Of a stretch of DNA of 56,482 nt, positions 17,072 to 26,257 are shown piece by piece. The DNA is from a virus (taxonomy: Duplodnaviria; Caudoviricetes): the IMG/VR virus record IMGVR_UViG_3300033485_000014, positions 1 to 56,482 of that record; one strand, given 5' to 3'. Made by a program: the position numbers and the translations under genes. How positions within the stretch are numbered: position 1 is the stretch's first letter; each line of letters starts with the position of its first letter. Under the pieces are notes generated by a model. It made no database searches. It saw nothing but the letters and a program-made list of their open reading frames with translations, and had not been told where the DNA came from.

Positions 17072-17237
17072 GACTGTCCTCTCTCTGCGCAAACCACGCC
17101 TCGAGCGCCTCCGTAACTACGGAGGATATCGATCGCCGCTCAATTGCGTGGACTTCTCTGACTCTGGTCGCTAGGCAGACTGGCACGTAGGCAGTAATCT
17201 GCTCGCTGCCGGTAGCCTCCTCTGAGCGACTTTTCAT
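17037..17237 (-). CDS. Ribbon-helix-helix protein
   Basis: QITAYVPVCLATRVR...RRSISSVVTEALEAWF. Confidence 0.65.
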   Translation of the reverse strand: MKSRSEEATGSEQITAYVPVCLATRVREVHAIERRSISSVVTEALEAWFAQREDSHGEKEVHDRDR

Positions 17238-17239
17238 CC

Positions 17240-17358
17240 TGGGCACGAGGTCATCATAGAAAGCACGCAAGTCAATTCAACCAGAAACGCATACGTCCAC
17301 ATAATGACACGACATGTATTGCCTTGACAACTCACAGATTGTCAGTCCAAAGTGACTG
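17240..17358. promoter_or_regulatory. Divergent promoter region (leftward regulator operon / rightward morphogenesis operon)
   Basis: AT-richer; TTGACA at 17324-17329 overlapped by the inverted repeat TGACAA-N8-TTGTCA (17325-17344). Confidence 0.5.
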
Positions 17359-17359
17359 C

Positions 17360-19264
17360 GTGCTGAAAGGCCGCCCGATCCCGTACCGGCTGACCGAAGC
17401 GATCATCGCTGAATGCGCCGGCTCGTCAGTGATCTGCTTGGCCGAAAGTGCGGTTGGGAAGCGATTCCGGCTGCACGCTAACCGGCCAGGGCCAGAGATC
17501 AACGAATTGATCGACGCCTCGGAGAGGGGTGTCGGGCTGCCGCAAAGTCCGATTCAACCCTCGGACGATCTATCCGCTGCCCAGGAGACGGGCACTCCTC
17601 TCGCTGTCGTTCGCATTCGTGGCGTGATCGAGCAGCGGGCGGAGCGCCACGAGTGCGGATGGTCCGACGGTCACGACGCCGTCGCCGATCGGATCTGCGA
17701 TGCTCTCGAAAAGGGTAACGTACTCGTATTGTTCGACTCGCCCGGCGGCTCGCATGCCGGACTCGAGTCCGCGGTGGCGCGAGTGCTCGATGCTAAGCGG
17801 AAGCACGATCGGTTGATCTACTCCTACGCCGATGAGATGATCGGCAGTGCCGCGTATTGGTGGGCAGCTACCATCTCGAACGAGATCTGGGGCCCTTCGT
17901 CGATGATCGTCGGCAGCATTGGTGCTCGATCGGCGCATCAATCGGTGTCGGCCAAGCTTGCGAAGGAGGGTGTTTCGACTACGTACTTCGCGTGGCCGAA
18001 CGACGGCAAGATTGCGTTCGCTCCAGAGCTGCCTTTATCTAAGCTCGGGAAGCAGCGCGGCGAGCGTGATGTGGCAATGGCCGGAGAGGCGTTCGCTTCA
18101 GCAGTGAGCAAAGCTCGCCCGAGGCTCAACCGAAAAGCGATCGTGCAACTCAGCGCCGATGCGCTACCTGGTCAATTGGCAGTCAAGGCCGGCCTCGTTG
18201 ATGGCGTTGGCTCGCTGGAAGAGATGATTGAATACGCTCTGGAGGAAGGGCGACGGAGAGACGCGACGATGAAGATCAAGAAGAAGGGCCCCGTGGCCAC
18301 CGCAACCAGTCCAGCGATCAAGAGCGAAACTGCTCCCGCTCGCTCCGAGGAAGAGAATCCTGAGACCCCCGAGGAAGAGGACGCTGCCGAAGGTGGCGAC
18401 GATGATGGCAAAGAAGGTGGAGATCGGCCCCCCACGGAAGACTCGGCCTGCGAGGGATGTGGAGAGGACCTGCCTGAGGGCGTGAAGTATTGTCCCAACT
18501 GCGGCCAAAAGGCTGAGGCTGAGGATGATGAGCCCAACGAGGGCGAGCAGCCGGAGGAAGACGACGAAGATGAAGACGAGCCGATGGCCGAGGATCACGG
18601 CAGCGTTCCTCGTGCGGCGTCGCATCGCGACGCTGGCACCGTGTCGCTCACGTCGATCTTCAGCCTGCGCGCAGACGCCTCCCAGCTGGCCATTCGAACA
18701 GCCGCCAAAGCCTACGTGGAATTGGGCCGGGCCGTGATGGCAGCCACTGGCGAGCGCACTCCCACTCGCGCGCTCGGCGGATTCCGGACGATCATCGAGG
18801 AGGCCAAGCGTGCCGCAGACTTGGGCGTAGAGGTCAAGGCTCTGCGCAAGCAGGGCCAATTCCGACAACGAATGGATCTGCTTCGCACTCTCTCCGCGCT
18901 CAAGATTCCAGGCTACTCCCCCGGAGAGCTGTTCGTCGATCGTGAGATCTCGCCGGGGAAGTTTGCGCGCGGCCCGGCGGCGCTCTTCGCAAGCGTCAAG
19001 CTCGCGGAGCTCAGAGGGCTCGTGGCCAGCAAGCAAAAACTGGTCAGAGAGGGAGGCGTGTCCGTCGACGCGAATCCGTTCGAGCCGAGCCAGAAGCTCG
19101 CCGAGGACGTCAGCGATCGAGCTGGAATTGACGCGATCCAAGGCACTGACGAGGTGCGCGCAATCGCCGATCGAATCGATCAACCAGTCGACAAGGTCGC
19201 CGAGTCGGTGGCCTACTTCACCAAAAACCCCTCAAGCTCGAAACTCGCAGGAGTGACCCGATAA
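17360..19264 (+). CDS. S49-family prohead protease fused to an acidic, Zn-ribbon scaffold region
   Basis: FDSPGGS, GSAAYW, VGSIG, AVKAGLVDGVGSLEE; CEGC...CPNC; start uncertain. Confidence 0.88.
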   Translation: MLKGRPIPYRLTEAIIAECAGSSVICLAESAVGKRFRLHANRPGPEINELIDASERGVGLPQSPIQPSDDLSAAQETGTPLAVVRIRGVIEQRAERHECGWSDGHDAVADRICDALEKGNVLVLFDSPGGSHAGLESAVARVLDAKRKHDRLIYSYADEMIGSAAYWWAATISNEIWGPSSMIVGSIGARSAHQSVSAKLAKEGVSTTYFAWPNDGKIAFAPELPLSKLGKQRGERDVAMAGEAFASAVSKARPRLNRKAIVQLSADALPGQLAVKAGLVDGVGSLEEMIEYALEEGRRRDATMKIKKKGPVATATSPAIKSETAPARSEEENPETPEEEDAAEGGDDDGKEGGDRPPTEDSACEGCGEDLPEGVKYCPNCGQKAEAEDDEPNEGEQPEEDDEDEDEPMAEDHGSVPRAASHRDAGTVSLTSIFSLRADASQLAIRTAAKAYVELGRAVMAATGERTPTRALGGFRTIIEEAKRAADLGVEVKALRKQGQFRQRMDLLRTLSALKIPGYSPGELFVDREISPGKFARGPAALFASVKLAELRGLVASKQKLVREGGVSVDANPFEPSQKLAEDVSDRAGIDAIQGTDEVRAIADRIDQPVDKVAESVAYFTKNPSSSKLAGVTR

Positions 19265-20199
19265 TGACTGCAACGGCTCGGTACAACATCGGCTTCAAGC
19301 CCACCAGCGATCACAACCCAATCCCCGCCAAACTCGATCGCCCGCTCGCTGCCAGCCAGCAAGTCGGCAAGGGCCAATTCGTCACAATCGACGCGACCTA
19401 CGGGCGGGCATCACTCAACGACGGCACGGTCCCTGGCCTGATCTGCGCTGGCGTTGGCGACTACGCGGAGCTTTCCGAAACGAGCGCCACGGCAGGGCTC
19501 GCATTCGCCCGTCTTGGACAGCGATTCTTCTCGGGAGTTCCGGCGAGCACTATCGCCAACGACGGTTTCACGAATGCCGACTTCGGGATTCCGTTCTACA
19601 TCGCCGACGAAAACACGCCCGGCAAGCTTGCCAGCTACAGCACGAGCCACCGCTCACTGGGCGGACTCGTGTTCGGACTCGATCGTTCCGACGAGACCGG
19701 AGATACGCCGGTTCTGTGGCCGGGCCCGATCGCGGCGCTCATTGCTCGCGGCGTCATCGTCGCCGGCAACTTCTGCGTCGCTGGCGACAGCCGGGCACTG
19801 CTGCTCAAGACAGCGGTCGCCGAAACGCAGATGCAGAAGCGTGGCGCATATCACGGCGTGATCACCGGGTGCAAGATCGTTGTTGCTGCCGATCTGACGG
19901 GGAGCGACTCCGATTACTGGACCGTGACGGTGGCTCGCCGAACCTATGCGGCCCCCGGCACTGCCGTGACGATTGCCACGGGAGCAACCATCGCTGCCGC
20001 GGGCGCTACGCACATCGGCGCAGCTACCACTGGCACTCTGACTGCCTGGAAGGAATACGATATCCCGCTCACATCAACGGCGGCAGATCTCGTGTTCAAT
20101 TCCACGGACACATTCACGATTGCGTTCGCTACTTCAGGCAGCACAGGCGGCCCAGCGAATGCGCAAGTCAACGTTCAACTCCTAGCAAAGGTTGGGTAA
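19264..20199 (+). CDS. Head decoration/cement protein
   Basis: Lies between protease and capsid genes; Gly/Ala/Thr-rich; FYIADENT motif. Confidence 0.6.
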   Translation: MTATARYNIGFKPTSDHNPIPAKLDRPLAASQQVGKGQFVTIDATYGRASLNDGTVPGLICAGVGDYAELSETSATAGLAFARLGQRFFSGVPASTIANDGFTNADFGIPFYIADENTPGKLASYSTSHRSLGGLVFGLDRSDETGDTPVLWPGPIAALIARGVIVAGNFCVAGDSRALLLKTAVAETQMQKRGAYHGVITGCKIVVAADLTGSDSDYWTVTVARRTYAAPGTAVTIATGATIAAAGATHIGAATTGTLTAWKEYDIPLTSTAADLVFNSTDTFTIAFATSGSTGGPANAQVNVQLLAKVG

Positions 20200-20205
20200 G
20201 CAACA

Positions 20206-21474
20206 ATGGATCTCTTCCCCGGACTCTCCTACTACGGAGTTGCGTCGGCTTCGGTACGCGAACTGCTGGTGCAGTTCAACCTCGAGGCACTCGCCTCTCT
20301 CAGCGGCGTTCCCGAGCAAGCGGTGCGATGGGGCGACATCGCTACCAGGGTCAGCGGCGGCTTCAGCCCGCTGTCGACTGTCGCGATCCCTGTTCGTCTC
20401 CTTCCGCTGCTCGGCTTCGAGCCGTTCGAGGGGGAGCGCAAGTACAAGCAGGTCTCCGTCGCTCGCATCACGACGAAGATCAATCCCTACCAATTGAACA
20501 TGGAGTGGCCAGTCGACCTGGCAAAGTCTCCAGTTGGTGGAATCTACGACTTCGGTGGCATCGGCCAGACCGTCGTCGAAGCCGCGAGACAGCACAAGTG
20601 CCGAATGCTCGCGCAGATCCTCGCTTCCGGATTCACGTCGGCGACCATCGCGGCGACGTCCGGAGTCAAAGCTACCGATGCGCGCGGCTACGCCGTGACA
20701 ATCGATCAGCCCGGATACGCCGCTGCCTCCGCGCTCCCGCTGTTCTCTGGGGGCGTTGCGTCAGGAGGTTCCGACGAGACCTCGCCCATCACCGCCAAGC
20801 ACTTCGCGAACCCGCTAGATCCGAACTCCGCTCGCTTCGCGAACCTGTTCTACGGTATCGGCAAGATCACGGATGCAGCCTGCGCCCGCAACGTTACCGG
20901 GCAGATGTCGACGGCTGACTCCGTGTTCGGAACGATGCTCACCAGAATGAGCCAAGTCCCGCATCCAACGTATCGCGGGATGTCGTTGGGCCTTGCCGTC
21001 ACCGATGTCATCGGACCCACGTGGATGCTGATGCCCTTCTGGCAAGTCGCCATCCAACAGCTGTCGCTCCAGATTTCGAATCCGACCGGATCGACATACG
21101 TGGCCGGCGCGACCACGAACGTGTTCAACCCGGATCGGGTCAAGGAAGCTGGCGCGGATATGCTGATGGGAGCGAGCGGGCTCGCTCCGTGGCGCTTCTG
21201 GATTGCTCCCCAGTTGGACCTGCATCCGTACGCGATCGCCAATGCCGGTAAGCAGATGTGGTTCGCGATCTCTCGATCGAAGCCGTCGCTCTCGTGGGCC
21301 GAGCTTGCCGCTCCGACGAAGCAATACACGCCGAAGATCACACTGCTCGGCGAGAATACAGAGGAAGCGCTCAAGAGCCGAATGATCCGGCTGCTCGGAG
21401 ATCTGGACGCTGGCGGCGCCGCCGGGCTACCGCACTGCATCCAGATGTACACCGAGACGGCTCCGGCGTCGTAA
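20206..21474 (+). CDS. Major capsid protein, Mu gpT-like
   Basis: FEPFEGERKYKQV...INPYQLNMEWPVD and PLFS...H resemble Mu gpT; position after the protease. Confidence 0.75.
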   Translation: MDLFPGLSYYGVASASVRELLVQFNLEALASLSGVPEQAVRWGDIATRVSGGFSPLSTVAIPVRLLPLLGFEPFEGERKYKQVSVARITTKINPYQLNMEWPVDLAKSPVGGIYDFGGIGQTVVEAARQHKCRMLAQILASGFTSATIAATSGVKATDARGYAVTIDQPGYAAASALPLFSGGVASGGSDETSPITAKHFANPLDPNSARFANLFYGIGKITDAACARNVTGQMSTADSVFGTMLTRMSQVPHPTYRGMSLGLAVTDVIGPTWMLMPFWQVAIQQLSLQISNPTGSTYVAGATTNVFNPDRVKEAGADMLMGASGLAPWRFWIAPQLDLHPYAIANAGKQMWFAISRSKPSLSWAELAAPTKQYTPKITLLGENTEEALKSRMIRLLGDLDAGGAAGLPHCIQMYTETAPAS

Positions 21475-21491
21475 CGGAAGGGAGCGCCCTC

Positions 21492-22181
21492 GTGCTACTC
21501 GAGGGATACTGCACGCGCGACGAGCTCTTCGCTCTGGCCTTGCCGGCAGCAGCGTTCGTCGCGCGAGCGCGCCCCATCGAAGACGGAGATGTTTCCGCCG
21601 CATCCGCGACGATTCGCCTGAAGGCGCACGGCCTTACCGCACTCGACTCGATCATGTTCGAGTGTACCCTGGGAGGATCTCTGCCAACGGGCATTTCCGC
21701 GTTCACTGTGTACTATCCCATTCCTGTGAGCGTCGACCTCTTTCGTGTGGCCACTACCCGAGGGGGAACTCCGATCGCGTCTTGGGCGTCGGTTGGATCT
21801 GGGTGGTCAATCGCTGTCGACACTTCACGCCGAGTCGACATGCAGATCATTGATGCCCGCGCACGAATCGACGAGTGCCTTACGGCGCACGAGTTGCCGA
21901 TCGCTCGAGACGCGGACGGATATTACCCTCCGGTGCTTCGAGGAATCAATGCGCGGATGGCAGCACGACAGATGATCGCTACGCTGCAATTCGAGAATGA
22001 GCAGTACAAGTACGCCGCCGATCGCCTTGCTGCGCAAGAAAAGACCGACGACGAGATGCTCAAGGCGTGGAAGGACGGGAAGCCCATTCAGCCGCGTCCG
22101 GTGGACGCCGACGAGCTTGCGGACAACGCGCCTCGGGTTTCATCGGGCACCAGAATGCCCTGGACGACAGGAACGCTCTGA
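21492..22181 (+). CDS. Head-tail adaptor (Mu gp36-like) with inserted domain
   Basis: YCTRDEL start, DARARIDECL...LPI; directly after the capsid gene. Confidence 0.6.
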   Translation: MLLEGYCTRDELFALALPAAAFVARARPIEDGDVSAASATIRLKAHGLTALDSIMFECTLGGSLPTGISAFTVYYPIPVSVDLFRVATTRGGTPIASWASVGSGWSIAVDTSRRVDMQIIDARARIDECLTAHELPIARDADGYYPPVLRGINARMAARQMIATLQFENEQYKYAADRLAAQEKTDDEMLKAWKDGKPIQPRPVDADELADNAPRVSSGTRMPWTTGTL

Positions 22182-22480
22182 TGTTCGATCGTGTCAAGCT
22201 TCGAATCAAGGCCGCCAACGAAGCAGTGTCCAAGATTGCTGCCGCCGCCGCGCCGTTGGTGCAAGAGCGTTTCAGATCTGATGCCACAACCAACAGAGGT
22301 AACGTGCCGTCGTTTGGACGCATGGGAGACGTTCCGATTGTTGCGGAGGCTCGCCCGCATATGATTGCTGTATCCGGGCCGGCATGGTGCGTGGAGAAAG
22401 CTCGGCAGCGTGGCCAAACGAAAGAGTGGCGCAACATCGTTCAGGGTGAAGCTCGCAGAATCATGCGGGGTGCTCGGTGA
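22181..22480 (+). CDS. Neck / virion morphogenesis protein
   Basis: Position; coupled ORF. Confidence 0.5.
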   Translation: MFDRVKLRIKAANEAVSKIAAAAAPLVQERFRSDATTNRGNVPSFGRMGDVPIVAEARPHMIAVSGPAWCVEKARQRGQTKEWRNIVQGEARRIMRGAR

Positions 22481-23034
22481 GCATCAAGAGCAGTTCCCTA
22501 GCTGGTCCCAATCTGTCTGATATCATCAGACACATTCGTGATTGCTACAATACATTGGGGTACAACACTCCAATCTTCGTTGGTGAAAAGTACTTGAAGA
22601 ATGGCGGTGAAGCGCCGCGCATCGTCATCGTTCCAGACTACGAAGATGGATCGATAGAGCATCCGTTGGTAATGGGCCACGGAGCAACCCATGTACACAC
22701 GTGCAAGGTGATAGTCTTCGCGAAAGAAGGCGGAGACGACATTACTCGCTTGGATCATCTCTACGTGATGTCAGATCGCGTCGTTGCCATCCTGGCCGCC
22801 GCAATGCCTGGGCGAATCGAATGGGGCGCGGTGCGCAGGTACCGACCGACCACCGCCGACGCTTTCGGGGTTGGACTTGAGCTCAATTTCCGCTACCGTA
22901 GAGATATCGAACACGATCTGAGGCGATGGCTGGTGGCAGATCAGCAGCCGCTTGTCACGAAGAAACCGCTTCCGCCCCCCGGCGAGCCTACGGAAATAGG
23001 CGACGTCGAGGCCACAGTAGAGCCCGCCGAATAA
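22477..23034 (+). CDS. Tail terminator-like protein
   Basis: Immediately before the sheath gene; PRIVIVP motif. Confidence 0.5.
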   Translation: MSIKSSSLAGPNLSDIIRHIRDCYNTLGYNTPIFVGEKYLKNGGEAPRIVIVPDYEDGSIEHPLVMGHGATHVHTCKVIVFAKEGGDDITRLDHLYVMSDRVVAILAAAMPGRIEWGAVRRYRPTTADAFGVGLELNFRYRRDIEHDLRRWLVADQQPLVTKKPLPPPGEPTEIGDVEATVEPAE

Positions 23035-23046
23035 AGGAGCCATCTC

Positions 23047-24966
23047 ATGTCAGGGACGCTGGTCATTAACGTACAAGAAGAGCGCGGATTCGTGGCGGTA
23101 CCCACGGACCTAGATCGGCTCGCCGTGGTCATCGGGTGCGCCTCCGGGCGGGCAGCGGTGCACGTCTCATCGTTCTACGCCAACGGCTCCGTCGCCGTTA
23201 CGGGTGAAGGATACGGCGACGCGGTGGATACTCTGTGCGCTATCATCGAGCAACGGCTCGGCAGTGCGCGAGGCCAGAAGATTCCCGCCGCTCTGTGCGC
23301 AGTGCCGCCGACGACGACAGGCGCATACGGAACGATCGACGCGACTGGAGTTACAGGAACCGCCGTTGTCACCAACGACGCTTCGGTGCATCCCTACGGG
23401 ACATACCAGGCGCAGCTTCGGGCTCTGAACAACATCACGATCGGAACAACGGGAGGCCTCATCCAGTGGTCTCTCGACGGCGGCAATTCGTGGTCAACGA
23501 CCGTGTCGCTCGGAACGGCGTCCACATACACGATTCCGAATTCAAACGTCAAGTTCGTGTTCAGTCCAGCATCGGCCGAACTGACCGAGCTGAACACTCT
23601 GATCAATGAGATCTACGGGGATCTCAACGCTCACGTAATCCTCACGTCCGGATCTGTTCACGGGGCTGCTGACACGGCGGACGTGGTGTCCGACACGACG
23701 GCCAGTGATACTGCGACGAGAGTCGCTAGGGTGAACGATCTGCGCGCGGCGTACGAACTTCACCGTATCAAGACTGCCAGCGGAGTGCACGGAGCGGCGG
23801 ATACCGTTCACGTGTGTACCGTCGCGGCTGCCTCGGATGATTCGACTGCGCTCGCGTTGGCTCTGGAGTTGAAGCGGGTCATCAATCTCCACATCGCATA
23901 CACTACTGGAGCCGTACACGGGGCAGCCGACAGCGCCAATGCCGTCACGACTTCAGCTCCGTCTATGGGGACTCTTCTTGCCAATGACGTGGTCAAGGTT
24001 GCAACCACGGCGCCCGCTCCCACGGCATCTGATATCGATGATGCTTTTGATGCGCTCGCTGCCTCATCCCTCGTATTCCGATACGTGGTGCTCGACTTCC
24101 CGATGACGTCCGCTCTGTTGGCTCACGTGTCAACCGGTCTCGATACGCTGGCGGATAGAGGCATGGTCGTGAAAGCTATCTGCCGCTCGCGCACTCCTAC
24201 CGCTGGAGAGTCTGACGCGGATTGGCTTGTCGCAGTGGCCGCCGAATTCTCCGGTGAAGAGGATTCCAGGGTTCATGTGCGGGCCACCTACGGTCAGCTC
24301 ACCGACGCGATGACGTCGCGCAAATACATTCGAAGCGACTTGGCCGACTTCGCTGCGAACAAGATGCGAGTCGGTCGAGGCAAATGGCCATGCTGCCCAG
24401 CTGACAGGCCGATGCCGAACTTCAGTCTCGTCAATTCCCTTGGGGCTGACGTGGGGCATGACGAGGGCCCCCGTGGCGCGTCCACTGGCCTGTCGAACAA
24501 TTCGCAGGGGAATCGGCTCGGATGCAATCAGAGATTGCCCGACGAGTCTGCTCCAGAGGAAGTGTTCACAACGGTCCCGTGGGTTCTGTTCGCGAGTGAT
24601 GAGCGAATTCGAACGCTCATGACGCGCGAGACGTGCGATGCGTTGGAACAGGCTGCACGAGCCGCTGGCAAGTCTGTACTCGGCGCGGACGTATTCACAT
24701 ACCAGGTCGATCCGACGAATCCAGCGTCACCCCGTCTGCTCACCGTGGCTTCGCGCAACGCGATCCACTCCAAGATCTTTGCTGCCATCAGTCAACCGTT
24801 CAAGGACGAGATCGAGAATTGGGCTGACGCCTCGATCGAGACGGGGCTACTTCAGATCGATCCGGCGGTCACAGAAGTGGACGAGACGGTTTCAATCTCC
24901 CTGCGACTGGCCCCGAGCGTTGCCAAGCGAGTCATCGAACTCAACATCAAACTGTCGGTCCAGTAA
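23047..24966 (+). CDS. Contractile tail sheath (DUF2586-like) with three 43-aa VHGAAD repeats
   Basis: AVVIGCAS start, QWSLDGGNSWS, terminal beta strands; AGGAG RBS; position. Confidence 0.75.
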   Translation: MSGTLVINVQEERGFVAVPTDLDRLAVVIGCASGRAAVHVSSFYANGSVAVTGEGYGDAVDTLCAIIEQRLGSARGQKIPAALCAVPPTTTGAYGTIDATGVTGTAVVTNDASVHPYGTYQAQLRALNNITIGTTGGLIQWSLDGGNSWSTTVSLGTASTYTIPNSNVKFVFSPASAELTELNTLINEIYGDLNAHVILTSGSVHGAADTADVVSDTTASDTATRVARVNDLRAAYELHRIKTASGVHGAADTVHVCTVAAASDDSTALALALELKRVINLHIAYTTGAVHGAADSANAVTTSAPSMGTLLANDVVKVATTAPAPTASDIDDAFDALAASSLVFRYVVLDFPMTSALLAHVSTGLDTLADRGMVVKAICRSRTPTAGESDADWLVAVAAEFSGEEDSRVHVRATYGQLTDAMTSRKYIRSDLADFAANKMRVGRGKWPCCPADRPMPNFSLVNSLGADVGHDEGPRGASTGLSNNSQGNRLGCNQRLPDESAPEEVFTTVPWVLFASDERIRTLMTRETCDALEQAARAAGKSVLGADVFTYQVDPTNPASPRLLTVASRNAIHSKIFAAISQPFKDEIENWADASIETGLLQIDPAVTEVDETVSISLRLAPSVAKRVIELNIKLSVQ

Positions 24967-24990
24967 GACCGTCAAGGAAGGATCATTCAC

Positions 24991-25473
24991 ATGACGATCC
25001 GAAGAATCGACCGAACAGCCGCAGACGGAACGACGCTCACGATCACGTTTGGGCGTCACCAGATCCCCGTGCAATCGATCTCGTACGGAGACAAGATCGA
25101 GACACAGCAGGGCTCGAATACGGGGTCCCAAAAGATCGACTGGGAAACTCCGGGGTCATACTCCACAGAGGAAGCCGCATGTAAGATGGAGGCTATTCTG
25201 TTCCGCGAGTTGATGACTCCGTTGATGGCATCCGACGGGATCTCGGCCGATACGTTCTCGATCGTGGTAACGGACTCACATCCAGGATTCGGCGACGATT
25301 CCGACTTGCTCGAGGGCGCTCACTTCGTCGGGCTCAAGGCAGCCCGAGACAACAGCAACAACGCGGCAATGGTCGAGTTTGGAATCAAATTCAAACAGAT
25401 CTACTGGACGAACAGCCGCTTCACGATCAATCGCCGCGACATGCGCAAACCAATCGCTTCGTCGCAATTCTGA
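24991..25473 (+). CDS. Tail tube protein
   Basis: Follows the sheath; ISYGDKIE...TPGSYSTE tube-like pattern. Confidence 0.7.
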   Translation: MTIRRIDRTAADGTTLTITFGRHQIPVQSISYGDKIETQQGSNTGSQKIDWETPGSYSTEEAACKMEAILFRELMTPLMASDGISADTFSIVVTDSHPGFGDDSDLLEGAHFVGLKAARDNSNNAAMVEFGIKFKQIYWTNSRFTINRRDMRKPIASSQF

Positions 25474-25493
25474 CGCTACGCAAGGAGGACACC

Positions 25494-26021
25494 ATGGGAT
25501 TGCAGGATAGAATTGCTGCCGCAAGGCAGGCGCTTGACGCGGCAGCGTTGTCGGATGTTGACAGCTCAGAGATCGATCTCCGCGAAGAGTTGGCACGCAT
25601 CGAGGCTGACGCCGCCGCATTGAAGCGAAAGAAGAGGGAGCTGGAACTCGCGCGTCAATTGGACGATGCGGCAACAGCGCTCGAAGGCAAGGCCCGCGTC
25701 AAGCCGGTCACGATCGTGGGACTGGATGACACGTTCATCATCATGTCGAATCCTGCGGCGCACAAGACCATGACGTCTGAGCTCACCAGGATCGCACATG
25801 CCGAAGCGAACGGCCAGAAGACGAGCGGCGACCGAGAGGCAATCCGAGTGCGATACGCCATCGCTACCGTGTACGCCTGGAACGGCGTCGTGGGCGGTGA
25901 CGCCGAGTTCTCATCGAAGCTAGGAAGGTTCCTTCGCGACGAATACCCGGGCGCAGCTGTCGCGATCACGAACGCGGCAAGCGAGCTGGCAGGGACGATC
26001 GCGGAGGAGAGAAAAAGCTGA
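25494..26021 (+). CDS. Tail assembly chaperone
   Basis: Between tube and tape measure genes; ends AGA AAA AGC TGA. Confidence 0.7.
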   Translation: MGLQDRIAAARQALDAAALSDVDSSEIDLREELARIEADAAALKRKKRELELARQLDDAATALEGKARVKPVTIVGLDDTFIIMSNPAAHKTMTSELTRIAHAEANGQKTSGDREAIRVRYAIATVYAWNGVVGGDAEFSSKLGRFLRDEYPGAAVAITNAASELAGTIAEERKS

Positions 26022-26238
26022 GATTGAGAAGACAGTTCAGTCTGCAGTCGACGGAGACCTCGTCGTCAGAGCTCGCGCCGTGACGGCGTATCGGGTACGA
26101 CTGCGCGCTCCGGAAGCAGAAGAATTCGAAGACTTGCCGCCGCTTGCTGCTGCCGGTGCTATACTGGAAGCGCGAGCTCAGCATGACGTCTATCGCGTAT
26201 ACATGGCCCTGGAGAACTTGATCAAGGCTCTCAACTGA
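26014..26238 (+). CDS. Frameshift extension of the tail assembly chaperone (+1/-2 frame)
   Basis: Open frame KAEIEKTVQSAVDGDLVV...LENLIKALN entered across GAAAAAG; fills the gap to the tape measure RBS; no start codon near its 5' end. Confidence 0.65.
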   Translation, partial: KAEIEKTVQSAVDGDLVVRARAVTAYRVRLRAPEAEEFEDLPPLAAAGAILEARAQHDVYRVYMALENLIKALN

Positions 26239-26257
26239 GGAGGCGTAGGATTCGGAG

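Noticed and set aside
19716-20918. 400-aa Arg-rich ORF overlapping the decoration and capsid genes (likewise 50518..51723 and 18164..19183)
   Set aside because: Alternative-frame or antisense ORFs expected in high-GC coding DNA; no motifs
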